64,000 nucleotides of DNA from an uncultured delta proteobacterium (GTDB lineage: Bacteria; Desulfobacterota; BSN033; UBA1163). Each line of letters opens with the position of its first letter. Positions within the stretch are counted from its first letter, which is position 1. Position numbers and translations under genes: made by a program. Below, piece after piece: positions 38,470 to 47,967 of this stretch. Where the stretch lies: NCBI GenBank assembly GCA_963820625.1, contig CAWGAV010000034.1, positions 95-64,094 on the forward strand, read 5' to 3'. Below the pieces are notes generated by a model that saw only the letters and a list, made by a program, of their open reading frames with translations, was not told the DNA's origin and did no database searches.

Positions 38470-38760
38470 TTTTTCAGCAGTGGGAAACCTTTATCCATCT
38501 TCACCCTCAACGCAGCACAACATGAAAACCTGTCAACACGAAGTTCAAATTGCATTTTTGTGAAAATGTCCATATGCAAACCAGGCATATCAAGATCTTT
38601 CCTTTCATTGACGAGAAATCAATATATGTCTACATTTTTCTACAAGTTAGGACTTTAAGAATTGGAAGGGTGGTTGCCTCTAAATTCCTGCACTGAACAT
38701 TGAGAGTCTGGAATTTCCCTTACGTTAGGAGAGTCAGATAGGCATTTTTGACATGTATTT

Positions 38761-39150
38761 CTAATGGATTGACTTTCTTATTATTTTTACCCTCCTACGC
38801 AGAAAGCCACGGATCTTTAGACCGTGGATGAATACGAGGAGGTTACCCTTCGAAGCTCCTAAGGAGCGTAGTGGAGTATGCTTCGGAGGGTTCCGCCCGA
38901 CGAAGCATGTGGAGAAGCCATGGGCTTTAGCCCGTGGGGCTCCACTTTTCAGATTATCCATAAAAACAATATATCGCATCAGTTTTCTGAATAACGAAGA
39001 AAACTCCCTCTTATTCGGTATCATCAATTTTAACAATTTATCGTGTTTAATGAGGTAATCTACTAAGCAATAAAAATCCCCATCTCCAGTCACAATTAAA
39101 GCTTTGTTGTAATTCGGATATTTCTTGCTGTTTTTTCGTTTCAGATGGAT
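38761..39150 (-). pseudogene. 5'-truncated NYN/LabA-like fragment whose ORF tail reads through a hairpin-repeat cluster
   Basis: The frame is open from 39150 with no start codon: ..KKYPNYNKALIVTGDGDFYCLVDYLIKHDKLLKLMIP.. This is the SGDGDF-type C-terminal half of NYN domains. The N-terminal half is absent and the frame is closed by the TAA inside the 39137-39158 repeat. Confidence 0.55.
38807..38937. repeat. Cluster of four short hairpins
   Basis: CCACGGATCTTTAGACCGTGG (38807-38827), GCTCCTAAGGAGC, ATGCTTCG..CGAAGCAT and CCATGGGCTTTAGCCCGTGG (38918-38937). Confidence 0.7.
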
Positions 39151-39158
39151 TTAGAGTA
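39137..39158. repeat. att-like direct repeat, right copy
   Basis: CGTTTCAGATGGATTTAGAGTA matches purF 34544-34565 at 21 of 22 positions. Confidence 0.8.
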
Positions 39159-39169
39159 GGTTCAGTTTT

Positions 39170-39445
39170 TTAGGAGGGTTTTGGCTTAGATTTCTTTTTC
39201 GCTTTGCCCGCTGTAATTTTTTTCATTTCCGCCATACCCGCGATCAATTTTTGCCATTCAGATTTGATCTGCTCTCTTTCCTTTTCAACTTTTAAAATTT
39301 GGCGATAGACAGAAAGCACCCGCAAGGCAATCTTAGCTTTCTCGTCATTCACCTGTTTCCCATCACAATAAGCCCTGAGATACTTTTCCGCTGTGTCCAC
39401 CAACGGTTTAAAGAGGTCTGAATCCTTTTTCTTCATTTTCTCCAT
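39170..39445 (-). CDS. Hypothetical small protein with a Lys-rich tail
   Basis: 91-aa ORF. No motif recognised. Confidence 0.5.
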   Translation of the reverse strand: MEKMKKKDSDLFKPLVDTAEKYLRAYCDGKQVNDEKAKIALRVLSVYRQILKVEKEREQIKSEWQKLIAGMAEMKKITAGKAKKKSKPKPS

Positions 39446-39776
39446 CCTTTATTCTTTTTACTTTACTTCATGCGGAAAGTTTAACAAGAAATGTAAGCAG
39501 ATGCAATTAATAATATTCTTTATACTCCCAAGCCCTCTGACTGAATTTTTCAGTCAAGTCTGATACAGGAGGATAAGGCCCGAGGAGAGGCGACAGAAGT
39601 GATGAGACTCAAATCAAAGTTCTCTGTTGAACATTTTGTCAGGGCGATTTCCCAGAAGAATCAAACTTAAATAGATCGTGTAACTTACGGCCTGCGCAAG
39701 GTGGGCCTGAAGTGAGGAGGTCCTTCGGATCAGCTGGAAAATCTGTCATACACCACTTACTCCAAAAGACTTTTCT

Positions 39777-41105
39777 TTACTTCTTCGGATATCTGGGATG
39801 GGTCACTCCTTCGGTAGGTTTTCCAAAAGAAGCTGTATCCAGATTACGTAGAGGATGATTTTTCTCGTACATCGGCTTGAGTCTTTTCGCTCTTACTCCT
39901 TCTGGGTAGAACTTTGCAATAGCTGCCTGACTCCGGTCGAGAGATACATTTTCAATGACATAGTCAACCCTACCCAGACCATTTTCCACTCCTCCATAGA
40001 CCTGTTGCTCAATATCTTTACCTTTGATGAGGTTTAACTTTTTCGAACCCGGAGCAAGGGCATTAAATTCTTCTGCTTCAGAGTTAATCAGTCCTGGTGC
40101 TTCATTCATCAGGTCAATGCAAGCCTTATCCACAGCCACCGGGTCCAATGAGGCCAATACCCCAATACCATTCACAAAAGGTGTATCCGTCCATCCATAG
40201 CAGTCACAGGCAGGAGTGATATCCATAGCATAGTTAATGAAGAACATCCCCCCTGGTTCCTTCGTCATCATCGTGGCCAAAGCTGAGTCAGCAATTCGCC
40301 TACCCAGAGCTGGTAAATAATCGAACCGCTGAATACCATTAACGCCTGCCATATTCACACATAAGTTAGCACAAGCAAAGCAATAGACGCATGAATCCAA
40401 ATCAATCTCTAATCCTTTTTCTGTCACCTTGATTGACCCTTCCGGACAACATTCCTCACAGGTTTGCCACCACTCGCACTTTTGGCCAGGACAGAGCTCG
40501 GCTTTAATGACCGGCTTATCACCAGCCAGAGCACCGTGAAGGTTCATTTTGCCCCGTTTGCTCGCACAGCCGACACCTATATTCTTGATCGCTGCTCCAT
40601 AACCTCCAGCAGGGTGGCCTTTGAAATGAGCTACTGATAACAGAGCATCTGCATCCGCAATGGCCCGAGCAACAAACTGCTTGTTTAAATAGTTCCCTCG
40701 GCCTTTGAGATCAACAATCACATCGTCTGTCCCCAGCCAACCATCCGCAATGATAATCGGACAGCCCATCGAGGCATGGTTAAAACCATTGCGGTTAGCA
40801 GTCTCCAAATGGTCCAAAGCAAGGGTTCTACTGATCCATGGGTGGTAAGGCATTGTGGTCGTGTCAGTAACAAACGGCTTGCATCCTCGTTCTTTCAGGG
40901 CATCCACAAATGTCCGAACAATGATTGGTCTTAGGTAACCGACATTGTAGGCCTCCCCCATGTGAGTTTTAACAGCCACGATGTCACCGGGCTTAAGGTT
41001 GTCCATCCAACCCGAATGCTCAAGGATCTGGAGACCTTTAATGGCAGTGGATTCTAAAAACCTTCTTGACCGGGCATCCATAAACCAAACTGTTGTTTTG
41101 CTCAT
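39777..41105 (-). CDS. DUF362-like protein with an inserted 2x[4Fe-4S]-type Cys-rich segment
   Basis: 442-aa ORF. KTHMGE, FVTDTTT, AHFKGH and NIGVGCASKRGK are typical of DUF362 as I recall. The Cys clusters are CPGQKCEWWQTCEECCP and CVYCFACANLC. Confidence 0.7.
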   Translation of the reverse strand: MSKTTVWFMDARSRRFLESTAIKGLQILEHSGWMDNLKPGDIVAVKTHMGEAYNVGYLRPIIVRTFVDALKERGCKPFVTDTTTMPYHPWISRTLALDHLETANRNGFNHASMGCPIIIADGWLGTDDVIVDLKGRGNYLNKQFVARAIADADALLSVAHFKGHPAGGYGAAIKNIGVGCASKRGKMNLHGALAGDKPVIKAELCPGQKCEWWQTCEECCPEGSIKVTEKGLEIDLDSCVYCFACANLCVNMAGVNGIQRFDYLPALGRRIADSALATMMTKEPGGMFFINYAMDITPACDCYGWTDTPFVNGIGVLASLDPVAVDKACIDLMNEAPGLINSEAEEFNALAPGSKKLNLIKGKDIEQQVYGGVENGLGRVDYVIENVSLDRSQAAIAKFYPEGVRAKRLKPMYEKNHPLRNLDTASFGKPTEGVTHPRYPKK

Positions 41106-41291
41106 AAATCCTCCTCCCTTTTTTCAGTGATCATTACTTCGTCTTTTAAGTGAATGGCCTGAATTCCCGTACGCTCGACTTTCGTGGTGGGTAAAACCCC
41201 AAAGGCCTCTCCCGCAGGGGGGATCCCTGCCTGCGGCAGGCAGGAATGGGCACAATATGAATGAGGTCTCTTTTCCGGAATTTCAACTCTT

Positions 41292-43316
41292 TTAATTCAT
41301 ATTTTTTAAAACAAACTCTGAGATATCCATCACAGTAATAGGGATCTTCTTTTTCCGGGCGTTGGAAAAAATAGTGCGGACGCACTGCTGGCAGGCAGTG
41401 ATTACCATGTCAGCTCCTGTGGCTTTGATCTCCTCGATCTTCGCTTGGGCTATTGCTGCCGAGAGGTCTGGACGCACCATCTCAAGATTACCACCCCCTC
41501 CGCAACATTTGCACTCTTCCCTACTTCCATTCATCTCCACCAATTCCACACCTGGAATGGCTTGTAGGATTTCTCGCGGGGCTTCATAAACTCCACTGGC
41601 CCTCCCGAGGTCGCAGGGGTCATGATAGGTAACCTTCGTCTTCTTCTCTTTGAAGGTGATTTTGCCTTCTTCAATCAACCTCTTGATGAATTGGGTAGAA
41701 TGAAAGATCTCGATTTCATTCTTACACCCCTCCATCCAGGTGTGGTAACAGGAGGGGCAAGCGAAGACAATCCTTTCTGCCCCCTTTTCTCTAACTTTTT
41801 GCAAGTTGTGTTGCATCAAAGCTTCAGCCTTTTCTTTCATCCCTGCGGCTATCAGAGGAAACCCGCAACACCACTCCTCTCCTCCCAGAAGGGTAAAATC
41901 GACCCCAGCTTTTTCCAAAATCTGGACCAAGGATTGAGGAATTCTCTTCGTCATTGGGAAATAGGCAGCCACACATCCAGTGAAGTAGACCACCTTCGCC
42001 TTTTCCCTTTCAAACCTATCCTTGGGGGCTTCGCCCAATGCCTGCACCCACATCGCCCTATCCTCGCTTGGCTCACCGATGATGTTATGCACCCTTTCCA
42101 AAGTCTCTGCCAAACGATCCATGCTCGGGGGGTATTCCCCTTTCTCAACCATGAACCTTCGAGCCGCAATCCTCGTATCTTTTGTATCGATAAACGAGGG
42201 ACATACGATCGAACACCTTCCGCATAATGTGCAGAGGTACGGGTACTCAGAATACTCTTTCAGCGTCTCCCCGGTTTTGGTGGGTCCGAAGAACATCCTG
42301 GTTAATCCGTATGCCTTCCTGATGAAAGATTTAAGGTTAGTATATAATCCTCCCATCGTGGTCTCTAATTGCTGGGTCTGTGCGTATACCGGACAGACAT
42401 CCACGCAGCTGCCACATTTCACGCAGGAATCGAGCGCGATGAGATCCTTAATAGATAGAGGAAGGGGAGTCTTTCTGGTTCCGGGCTTAAACGCCTCTTC
42501 GGGCATCAAGTTGATAAACATGACAACGGGTATGGTGATAATATGCCATAGCTTCTTATTATAAGGAATAAAACCAACCAGGGTACCAAGGAACAACCCG
42601 GCTACAGACCAAAGGGGATAGTTGATCGAGGACCACGGCAGCCCTAAAGGGGAAATGGCTTTACTCAGACCAAAGGATACGAACCAATATTGGGCCACAG
42701 AGTTTCGGAGGGAATAGGTTAGGATGCTTGTTGCCTCACAGAAAAAACGAAGGATGAACCAACCTCCTAACAGGTTCACTGCAACGATATCTCCCGTCGA
42801 TGTTTTAAACGTTACCGTTTTTGCCACGAATCTTCGGTAGATAGCGATGAACTCTCCCATCAAGATCATGGCTCCGAAAAGATCGAAGGAAATTGCGAAA
42901 AAGGCGTCGGAGGTGTTTAAGGACGGGGTAACCACATCACGAAAAAAATAAAAGTCGCAAAAAGGTGCATAGAAAATTCTAAGAAGGAATGATAGATGCT
43001 CTAATTGGGGCATCACATCCGCTTTGAGATGGCCTGCGATGAGGATCCCGGGATAACCGATCATGATCAAAACCTTCATCAACCATCTCAATTTATCCTG
43101 GCCGAAAAGTCTCCTCTGGAGAATACCGTCCAAAAACATTATCTCTATCAGCTTAACAATCTTGCCGCTGAAAACAGTTGAAAAGACACCCTTCACAAGC
43201 GCCCAAAAATCCCACTGCCCTCTCCAGTAAAGGAATAGTCTCGTGGCGAGACCCGTGAAAAAGACTACTGCCCCCAACATAAAAAAGATCACAAAGAGTG
43301 GATAACCAGTCACCAT
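41292..43316 (-). CDS. Membrane-integral HdrD/DsrK-like Fe-S oxidoreductase (NarI/DsrM-like TM domain fused to 2x[4Fe-4S] and two CCG domains)
   Basis: 674-aa ORF with an N-terminal multi-TM region of about 270 aa. It has CVKCGSCVDVCP and CTLCGRCSIVCP motifs. The CCG motifs are WCCGFP and CKCCGGGGN. Confidence 0.8.
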   Translation of the reverse strand: MVTGYPLFVIFFMLGAVVFFTGLATRLFLYWRGQWDFWALVKGVFSTVFSGKIVKLIEIMFLDGILQRRLFGQDKLRWLMKVLIMIGYPGILIAGHLKADVMPQLEHLSFLLRIFYAPFCDFYFFRDVVTPSLNTSDAFFAISFDLFGAMILMGEFIAIYRRFVAKTVTFKTSTGDIVAVNLLGGWFILRFFCEATSILTYSLRNSVAQYWFVSFGLSKAISPLGLPWSSINYPLWSVAGLFLGTLVGFIPYNKKLWHIITIPVVMFINLMPEEAFKPGTRKTPLPLSIKDLIALDSCVKCGSCVDVCPVYAQTQQLETTMGGLYTNLKSFIRKAYGLTRMFFGPTKTGETLKEYSEYPYLCTLCGRCSIVCPSFIDTKDTRIAARRFMVEKGEYPPSMDRLAETLERVHNIIGEPSEDRAMWVQALGEAPKDRFEREKAKVVYFTGCVAAYFPMTKRIPQSLVQILEKAGVDFTLLGGEEWCCGFPLIAAGMKEKAEALMQHNLQKVREKGAERIVFACPSCYHTWMEGCKNEIEIFHSTQFIKRLIEEGKITFKEKKTKVTYHDPCDLGRASGVYEAPREILQAIPGVELVEMNGSREECKCCGGGGNLEMVRPDLSAAIAQAKIEEIKATGADMVITACQQCVRTIFSNARKKKIPITVMDISEFVLKNMN

Positions 43317-43821
43317 ATAGCTCCTCCCTCAGGTTGTTCGTTTCACATGCTTACAGCTACGGTCGCTGACATTTGCTTTGGGCGAAATCTCAAAAGGCCG
43401 ATCAAACTCTTCTCCCCTTTCGAGGGCTGTAACTCCTTTAAATACCTTTCTCCTCGACAAAGACTACTCCCCCTTTTAGGAGGATTTATAAAATTTATCG
43501 AATATTATTTAACATAGGAAGAAAATTTTTGTCTATAGTAAGCTATCGATTTCTAATTGTGATTTTAACACTTATTTCAAACTCTATCCATGAGGATTAC
43601 ACGAAGAAACTAATGTTATATACCTGCCTTCCCGAGTGCTTCATAAGATGACACACCGCTAATATTAATTCTTTACTCTTGTCCTGAGAATTTGAAGGAT
43701 GATTGCCTCTACCTTTTTGCTGAAGTCTGAACAAATCAGAAAAGAGACTTTGATCCCTCTCTTGTCGGATTTTTTATTCCGTGTTATCTTTCTATAAAAA
43801 GCTATCAACCATCAAAAAGAG

Positions 43822-44928
43822 ATGAATTTATCCATTCTAAAAGCTATTTTCGCCTCCATGGAACAGGGGGTCGTTTTTATCGATAATCAAAATCGGATCA
43901 CCTACTGCAACCCGGCAGCAGAGAAGATTCGAAACATTATGTTGGATCAAGTGTTGGATCAATCCATCTTGGATTGCCATCCTCAAAAGGCCCATCCAAA
44001 AGTCCTTCAAATTATTGAAGACTTGAAATCCGGTCAAGTCAAAGGACGCCACCGGATGAATATCCAGATGGTGCAGGGGAAATTCTATGATAATACCTAT
44101 TCTGCCGTCTGGGGTACAAAAAACAAATATCTGGGCGTCATCGTTATCACCCAGGAAGTCACACGACGAAAAAAGGCAGAGGATGAACTCAAAGAGGCAT
44201 TGAGAAAATTAGAGATCGCTAATGAAGAATTAAGACGGATCGATCAAATGAAAGATGATTTTCTCTCCAACATCAGCCATGAATTGAAAACCCCTATGAT
44301 CTCGGTGATGGGCTATATCGGAATGATCCTCAAGGAGAAGATTGGCTCATTGACCGAGCAGCAAAGAAAGTTTTTAGAGATATCCTATAAGAACCTCCGG
44401 AAACTTGGAAAGAACATTGACGACTTATTGGATTTGGCCGCACTGGGGATACAAAAAGAGTCCTGGATATTCGAACCGATCGATCTCGTTAAAGTAATCG
44501 AATTCTCATGCTCCACCGTTGAACCTTTGGCTCAGGAACACCAAATCCAACTGGATGCTCAGCTCCCTTCCGGACAGGTAAATATCACCGGGGTCGAGGA
44601 TAAGCTCAACCAGCTCTTCGATAATCTTCTCACCAATGCCATCAAATACAACCGTCAGGGAGGGAAGATCTGTGTAAGCCTTGATCATGATTCTGAATTT
44701 GTCTTCACCCGCATCACCGATACAGGGGTTGGAATCTCCCATCAATCTCTGAAGGAAGTTTTCACACGCCATTTCCAAGAAAAAACAAAACCCCTTGGAA
44801 ATGCCAAGGGGTTAGGAATTGGGCTCTCCCTCGTTCAGGAAATTGTTAAACTCCATCGAGGAGAGATCCAGATCGAGAGCGAGTTGGGCAAAGGAACCAC
44901 CTTCACGGTGATGCTTCCCAAAAAATAA
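43822..44928 (+). CDS. PAS-domain sensor histidine kinase
   Basis: 368-aa ORF with a PAS-like N-terminus, the H-box SHELKTPM and HATPase boxes (NAIKYN, GLGIGLS). Confidence 0.88.
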   Translation: MNLSILKAIFASMEQGVVFIDNQNRITYCNPAAEKIRNIMLDQVLDQSILDCHPQKAHPKVLQIIEDLKSGQVKGRHRMNIQMVQGKFYDNTYSAVWGTKNKYLGVIVITQEVTRRKKAEDELKEALRKLEIANEELRRIDQMKDDFLSNISHELKTPMISVMGYIGMILKEKIGSLTEQQRKFLEISYKNLRKLGKNIDDLLDLAALGIQKESWIFEPIDLVKVIEFSCSTVEPLAQEHQIQLDAQLPSGQVNITGVEDKLNQLFDNLLTNAIKYNRQGGKICVSLDHDSEFVFTRITDTGVGISHQSLKEVFTRHFQEKTKPLGNAKGLGIGLSLVQEIVKLHRGEIQIESELGKGTTFTVMLPKK

Positions 44929-44966
44929 CTCACGTTATCTTACTCTTAACTCATAACTTTTAACTA

Positions 44967-45839
44967 TTATTTTTTTCCTCCCCCTAACAATCCCTCTGGT
45001 TTTCCTAGATCAATGAGGGGGATCCCACCTCCAGAAACCTGCGGTAAAATTCCATTCCACTTCTCGATGCTCTTATACTGAACCAGGATAGGACTGAGGG
45101 AACGGGAAAGGGCTTCATTGGCCTTGGCCTGTCCCTGAGCCACGACCAAGATCGATTCGGCCTCTCCTTTAGCCGTGGCAACCTTTTGTTGAGCTTCGAT
45201 CTCTCGTTGGGCTAATACCTGTCTCTGTGTTTCCACTTGCTGTTGAGCAACCTGTTTGGCTTCAACTGCCTTCTCGTATTCCGGTGAGAAGCGGATGTTG
45301 GCAAAGTAGATGTCATCGACGATGATGTGATACCTGGCCAAGTTTTCCCCCAATTTTGCCATCGCCTTCTTCCGGATATCTTCTCTTTTCGGAAGGATCT
45401 CGGTGATCTGATAGATGGGGACGACTTCCTTGACAAAGTCGTTAAAGGCCGGATCGATGACTTTGTTGGCAAAATCAAGGCCTACCTTCTGATAGAGATC
45501 ATTGACATAGGAGGGATCGATATGGAAGTTCATCATTCCAGTCAGCTTCACCATTTGGTATTCCTTGGATGCGGCATCAATCTCTCTGAATGGATGGGGC
45601 TGAACCCTAACATCGACCTTGATGACCCTTTCCGTAATGGGGACTTTGAAATTGAGTCCTTCTCCCATGATTCTCTTTTCTACACTTCCCCACCAGAGGA
45701 CGACCCCTCTATGGCCTGCAGGAACAATGGCAAAGGAACCCCAGAAAAAGATGAAGAGGATGAGAAGAATAACAAGGATTCCAATGGTTCGGGGTTTCGG
45801 TCCTTTGAATTCAAAAGCCTCCAAGGTTCTTTCTGACAT
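44967..45839 (-). CDS. SPFH/Band-7 (prohibitin/HflC-like) membrane protein
   Basis: 290-aa ORF with an N-terminal TM, an SPFH core and an A/Q/E-rich coiled coil (EAKQVAQQQVE..). Confidence 0.85.
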   Translation of the reverse strand: MSERTLEAFEFKGPKPRTIGILVILLILFIFFWGSFAIVPAGHRGVVLWWGSVEKRIMGEGLNFKVPITERVIKVDVRVQPHPFREIDAASKEYQMVKLTGMMNFHIDPSYVNDLYQKVGLDFANKVIDPAFNDFVKEVVPIYQITEILPKREDIRKKAMAKLGENLARYHIIVDDIYFANIRFSPEYEKAVEAKQVAQQQVETQRQVLAQREIEAQQKVATAKGEAESILVVAQGQAKANEALSRSLSPILVQYKSIEKWNGILPQVSGGGIPLIDLGKPEGLLGGGKK

Positions 45840-45888
45840 AGTTCACCTCCCATAAACGATTTGCCTTTAAACTTTTAAATTTTCAATT

Positions 45889-47337
45889 TCATCTCTCCCA
45901 CATCCGATAAAATGATGAGGCATATCCATGTTCCAATCTCGCCACCCCTGTTTGAATGGCTGCCTCCCTCACGTTATTAGCGACCCTCTCTGGAACTTTC
46001 CGGTTTAAAACACTTGGAATGATGTAATCCTCGCTCAATTCCTCCTCTAAAATGATGTAGGCAATCGCATTGGCCGCAGCGAAAAGCATCTCGTCGTTGA
46101 TATTTCGTGCCTGGCAGTCCAGCACGCCCCTGAAGAGACCTGGGAAACAGAGGACATTATTAATCTGATTAGGATAATCTGAGCGTCCTGTGGCAATAAT
46201 CCTCGCTGATCGGCCTACTTCCTCAGGCATGATCTCAGGATCGGGATTCGCCATGGCGAAGACAATCGGGTTTTTTGCCATTTTCTTGATATCGTTCACA
46301 TGAATGACGCCAGGTTGAGAAAGGCCAATAAAAAGATCAGCACCCTTTAGGGCCTTTGATATGGGCCCACGAATCCTCTCTGGGTTTGTATTTTCTGCGA
46401 TGAGTGTCTTTATTGGGTTCATGTTTTCCTTTCGACCTTTATAGAGAATACCACTTCGGTCGCATCCAATAATTTGCTTCACTCCTGCAGAAAGGAGAAG
46501 TCGTATGGAAGCAATTCCGGCGGCGCCCAGACCGCTGAACACAACTCGGATATTTTCCAATCTCTTGTTAACAACCTTCAAGGCATTGATCAATCCTGCC
46601 AAAATCACTACGGCTGTTCCATGTTGATCATCATGAAAGACAGGAATATCCAATTCATTTCTCAATCGTCTTTCGATCTCAAAACAACGGGGAGCAGAGA
46701 TATCCTCCAGATTCACTCCACCAAATCCAGGGGATATAGATTTAATCACTGTGACAATTTGTTTTGGATCTTTAGTTTTTAAACAAATGGGAATGGCATC
46801 GACACCTCCAAATTCTTTAAATAGCATGGCTTTGCCTTCCATGACCGGCATCGCTGCCTCGGGGCCAATATCCCCCAGTCCGAGAACAGCAGTCCCATCT
46901 GTTACCACCGCTATGGTATTCTTTTTAATGGTAAGATCATACACCCTCTCTCGTTTTTCTTGGATGGCCTTGCAGATCCTTGCCACTCCTGGAGTGTAGG
47001 CCATGGAAAGATCCTCTCGGGTGTTCAGGGGAATCTTATTTTTAATTTCGATCTTTCCTCCCTGATGAACCATAAAGGTTCGATCTGTGACATTGAGGAC
47101 ATTGACTCCTTTCACCTGCTTCACCCGGTCCACCACCTTCTGCCCCATCGGGATATCTGCCACATTTACGATGATATCTCTGATGGTGGTGTTCTTCTTA
47201 AATCCCGCAATATCGATAGCACCAATATCCCCTCCTGCTTTGCCGATGGCAGAGGTAACTCTCCCCAGCATTCCTGGTTTAGAGAGTATCTCGACTCGAA
47301 TTTGGATGCTATAGCTTGCACTGGGCGTCCTGATCAT
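45889..47337 (-). CDS. NAD(P)-dependent malic enzyme with an N-terminal ACT-like domain
   Basis: 482-aa ORF with YTPGVA, VVTDGTAVLGLGD, FHDDQHGTA and GLGAAGIA motifs. Confidence 0.9.
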   Translation of the reverse strand: MIRTPSASYSIQIRVEILSKPGMLGRVTSAIGKAGGDIGAIDIAGFKKNTTIRDIIVNVADIPMGQKVVDRVKQVKGVNVLNVTDRTFMVHQGGKIEIKNKIPLNTREDLSMAYTPGVARICKAIQEKRERVYDLTIKKNTIAVVTDGTAVLGLGDIGPEAAMPVMEGKAMLFKEFGGVDAIPICLKTKDPKQIVTVIKSISPGFGGVNLEDISAPRCFEIERRLRNELDIPVFHDDQHGTAVVILAGLINALKVVNKRLENIRVVFSGLGAAGIASIRLLLSAGVKQIIGCDRSGILYKGRKENMNPIKTLIAENTNPERIRGPISKALKGADLFIGLSQPGVIHVNDIKKMAKNPIVFAMANPDPEIMPEEVGRSARIIATGRSDYPNQINNVLCFPGLFRGVLDCQARNINDEMLFAAANAIAYIILEEELSEDYIIPSVLNRKVPERVANNVREAAIQTGVARLEHGYASSFYRMWER

Positions 47338-47407
47338 AAAATTAGCCTCCTGACTTCATCTTTTGCTTGTCATTTCGTATACCTTATGGCTTCAATGACA
47401 AAAATCT

Positions 47408-47767
47408 TTAAACCAGTTTCTTCTCTACCAAAAAAATCATCGCCTTTTGGCACGATGTGGTGGCCAGGGAGATGGCTTCTGAAAAAGACCATTGAGCCTC
47501 TTCAATTTGAGACATGTGAATTCTTCCAATCACTTCCATCACTTTTCTTTCTAAGTCAGCATAATGGCCCGATCCTAAGACATTCTCTGCAATTCGAATC
47601 TCGCGTAGCAATCCCTCTAAGTACCATACCAACACCTTTTTGCCCCCGGAGAGTTCTTCATCTCTTTTGAGCGATACCAGTTGATCCAGGAGGGTTGTTC
47701 CTATAATCAATCCGGACTTCATCTTCTCCGAATATTGAAAATCCAAAATCGCCTCTCTCGTCTCCAT
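47408..47767 (-). CDS. Hypothetical protein
   Basis: 119-aa ORF directly upstream of the malic enzyme gene on the same strand. No motif recognised. Confidence 0.45.
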   Translation of the reverse strand: METREAILDFQYSEKMKSGLIIGTTLLDQLVSLKRDEELSGGKKVLVWYLEGLLREIRIAENVLGSGHYADLERKVMEVIGRIHMSQIEEAQWSFSEAISLATTSCQKAMIFLVEKKLV

Positions 47768-47967
47768 TCCCCCTCCCCTTCTTCATCCATTATTTTACCA
47801 TCTCTCCTATCCCAAGGTGTATTAAAATTAATTAGGATGAAAATAATCAGTCGCTGGAGAATTATCAGAAAAAGGAGGAAAAATCAAGCCCCTTTCCAGT
47901 CTGCTATGGTCTTGACATTTTTAAGGATGATGGACAGGTCGGTGAAAGGTGGAAACTGAGATAGAGT

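Noticed and set aside
38807-38937. Possible CRISPR-like array, because of repeated CCACGG..TTTAG..CCGTGG hairpins.
   Set aside because: There are only two similar hairpins, the repeats are not identical, there is no regular repeat-spacer periodicity and there are no cas genes. It fits the general hairpin-repeat family instead.
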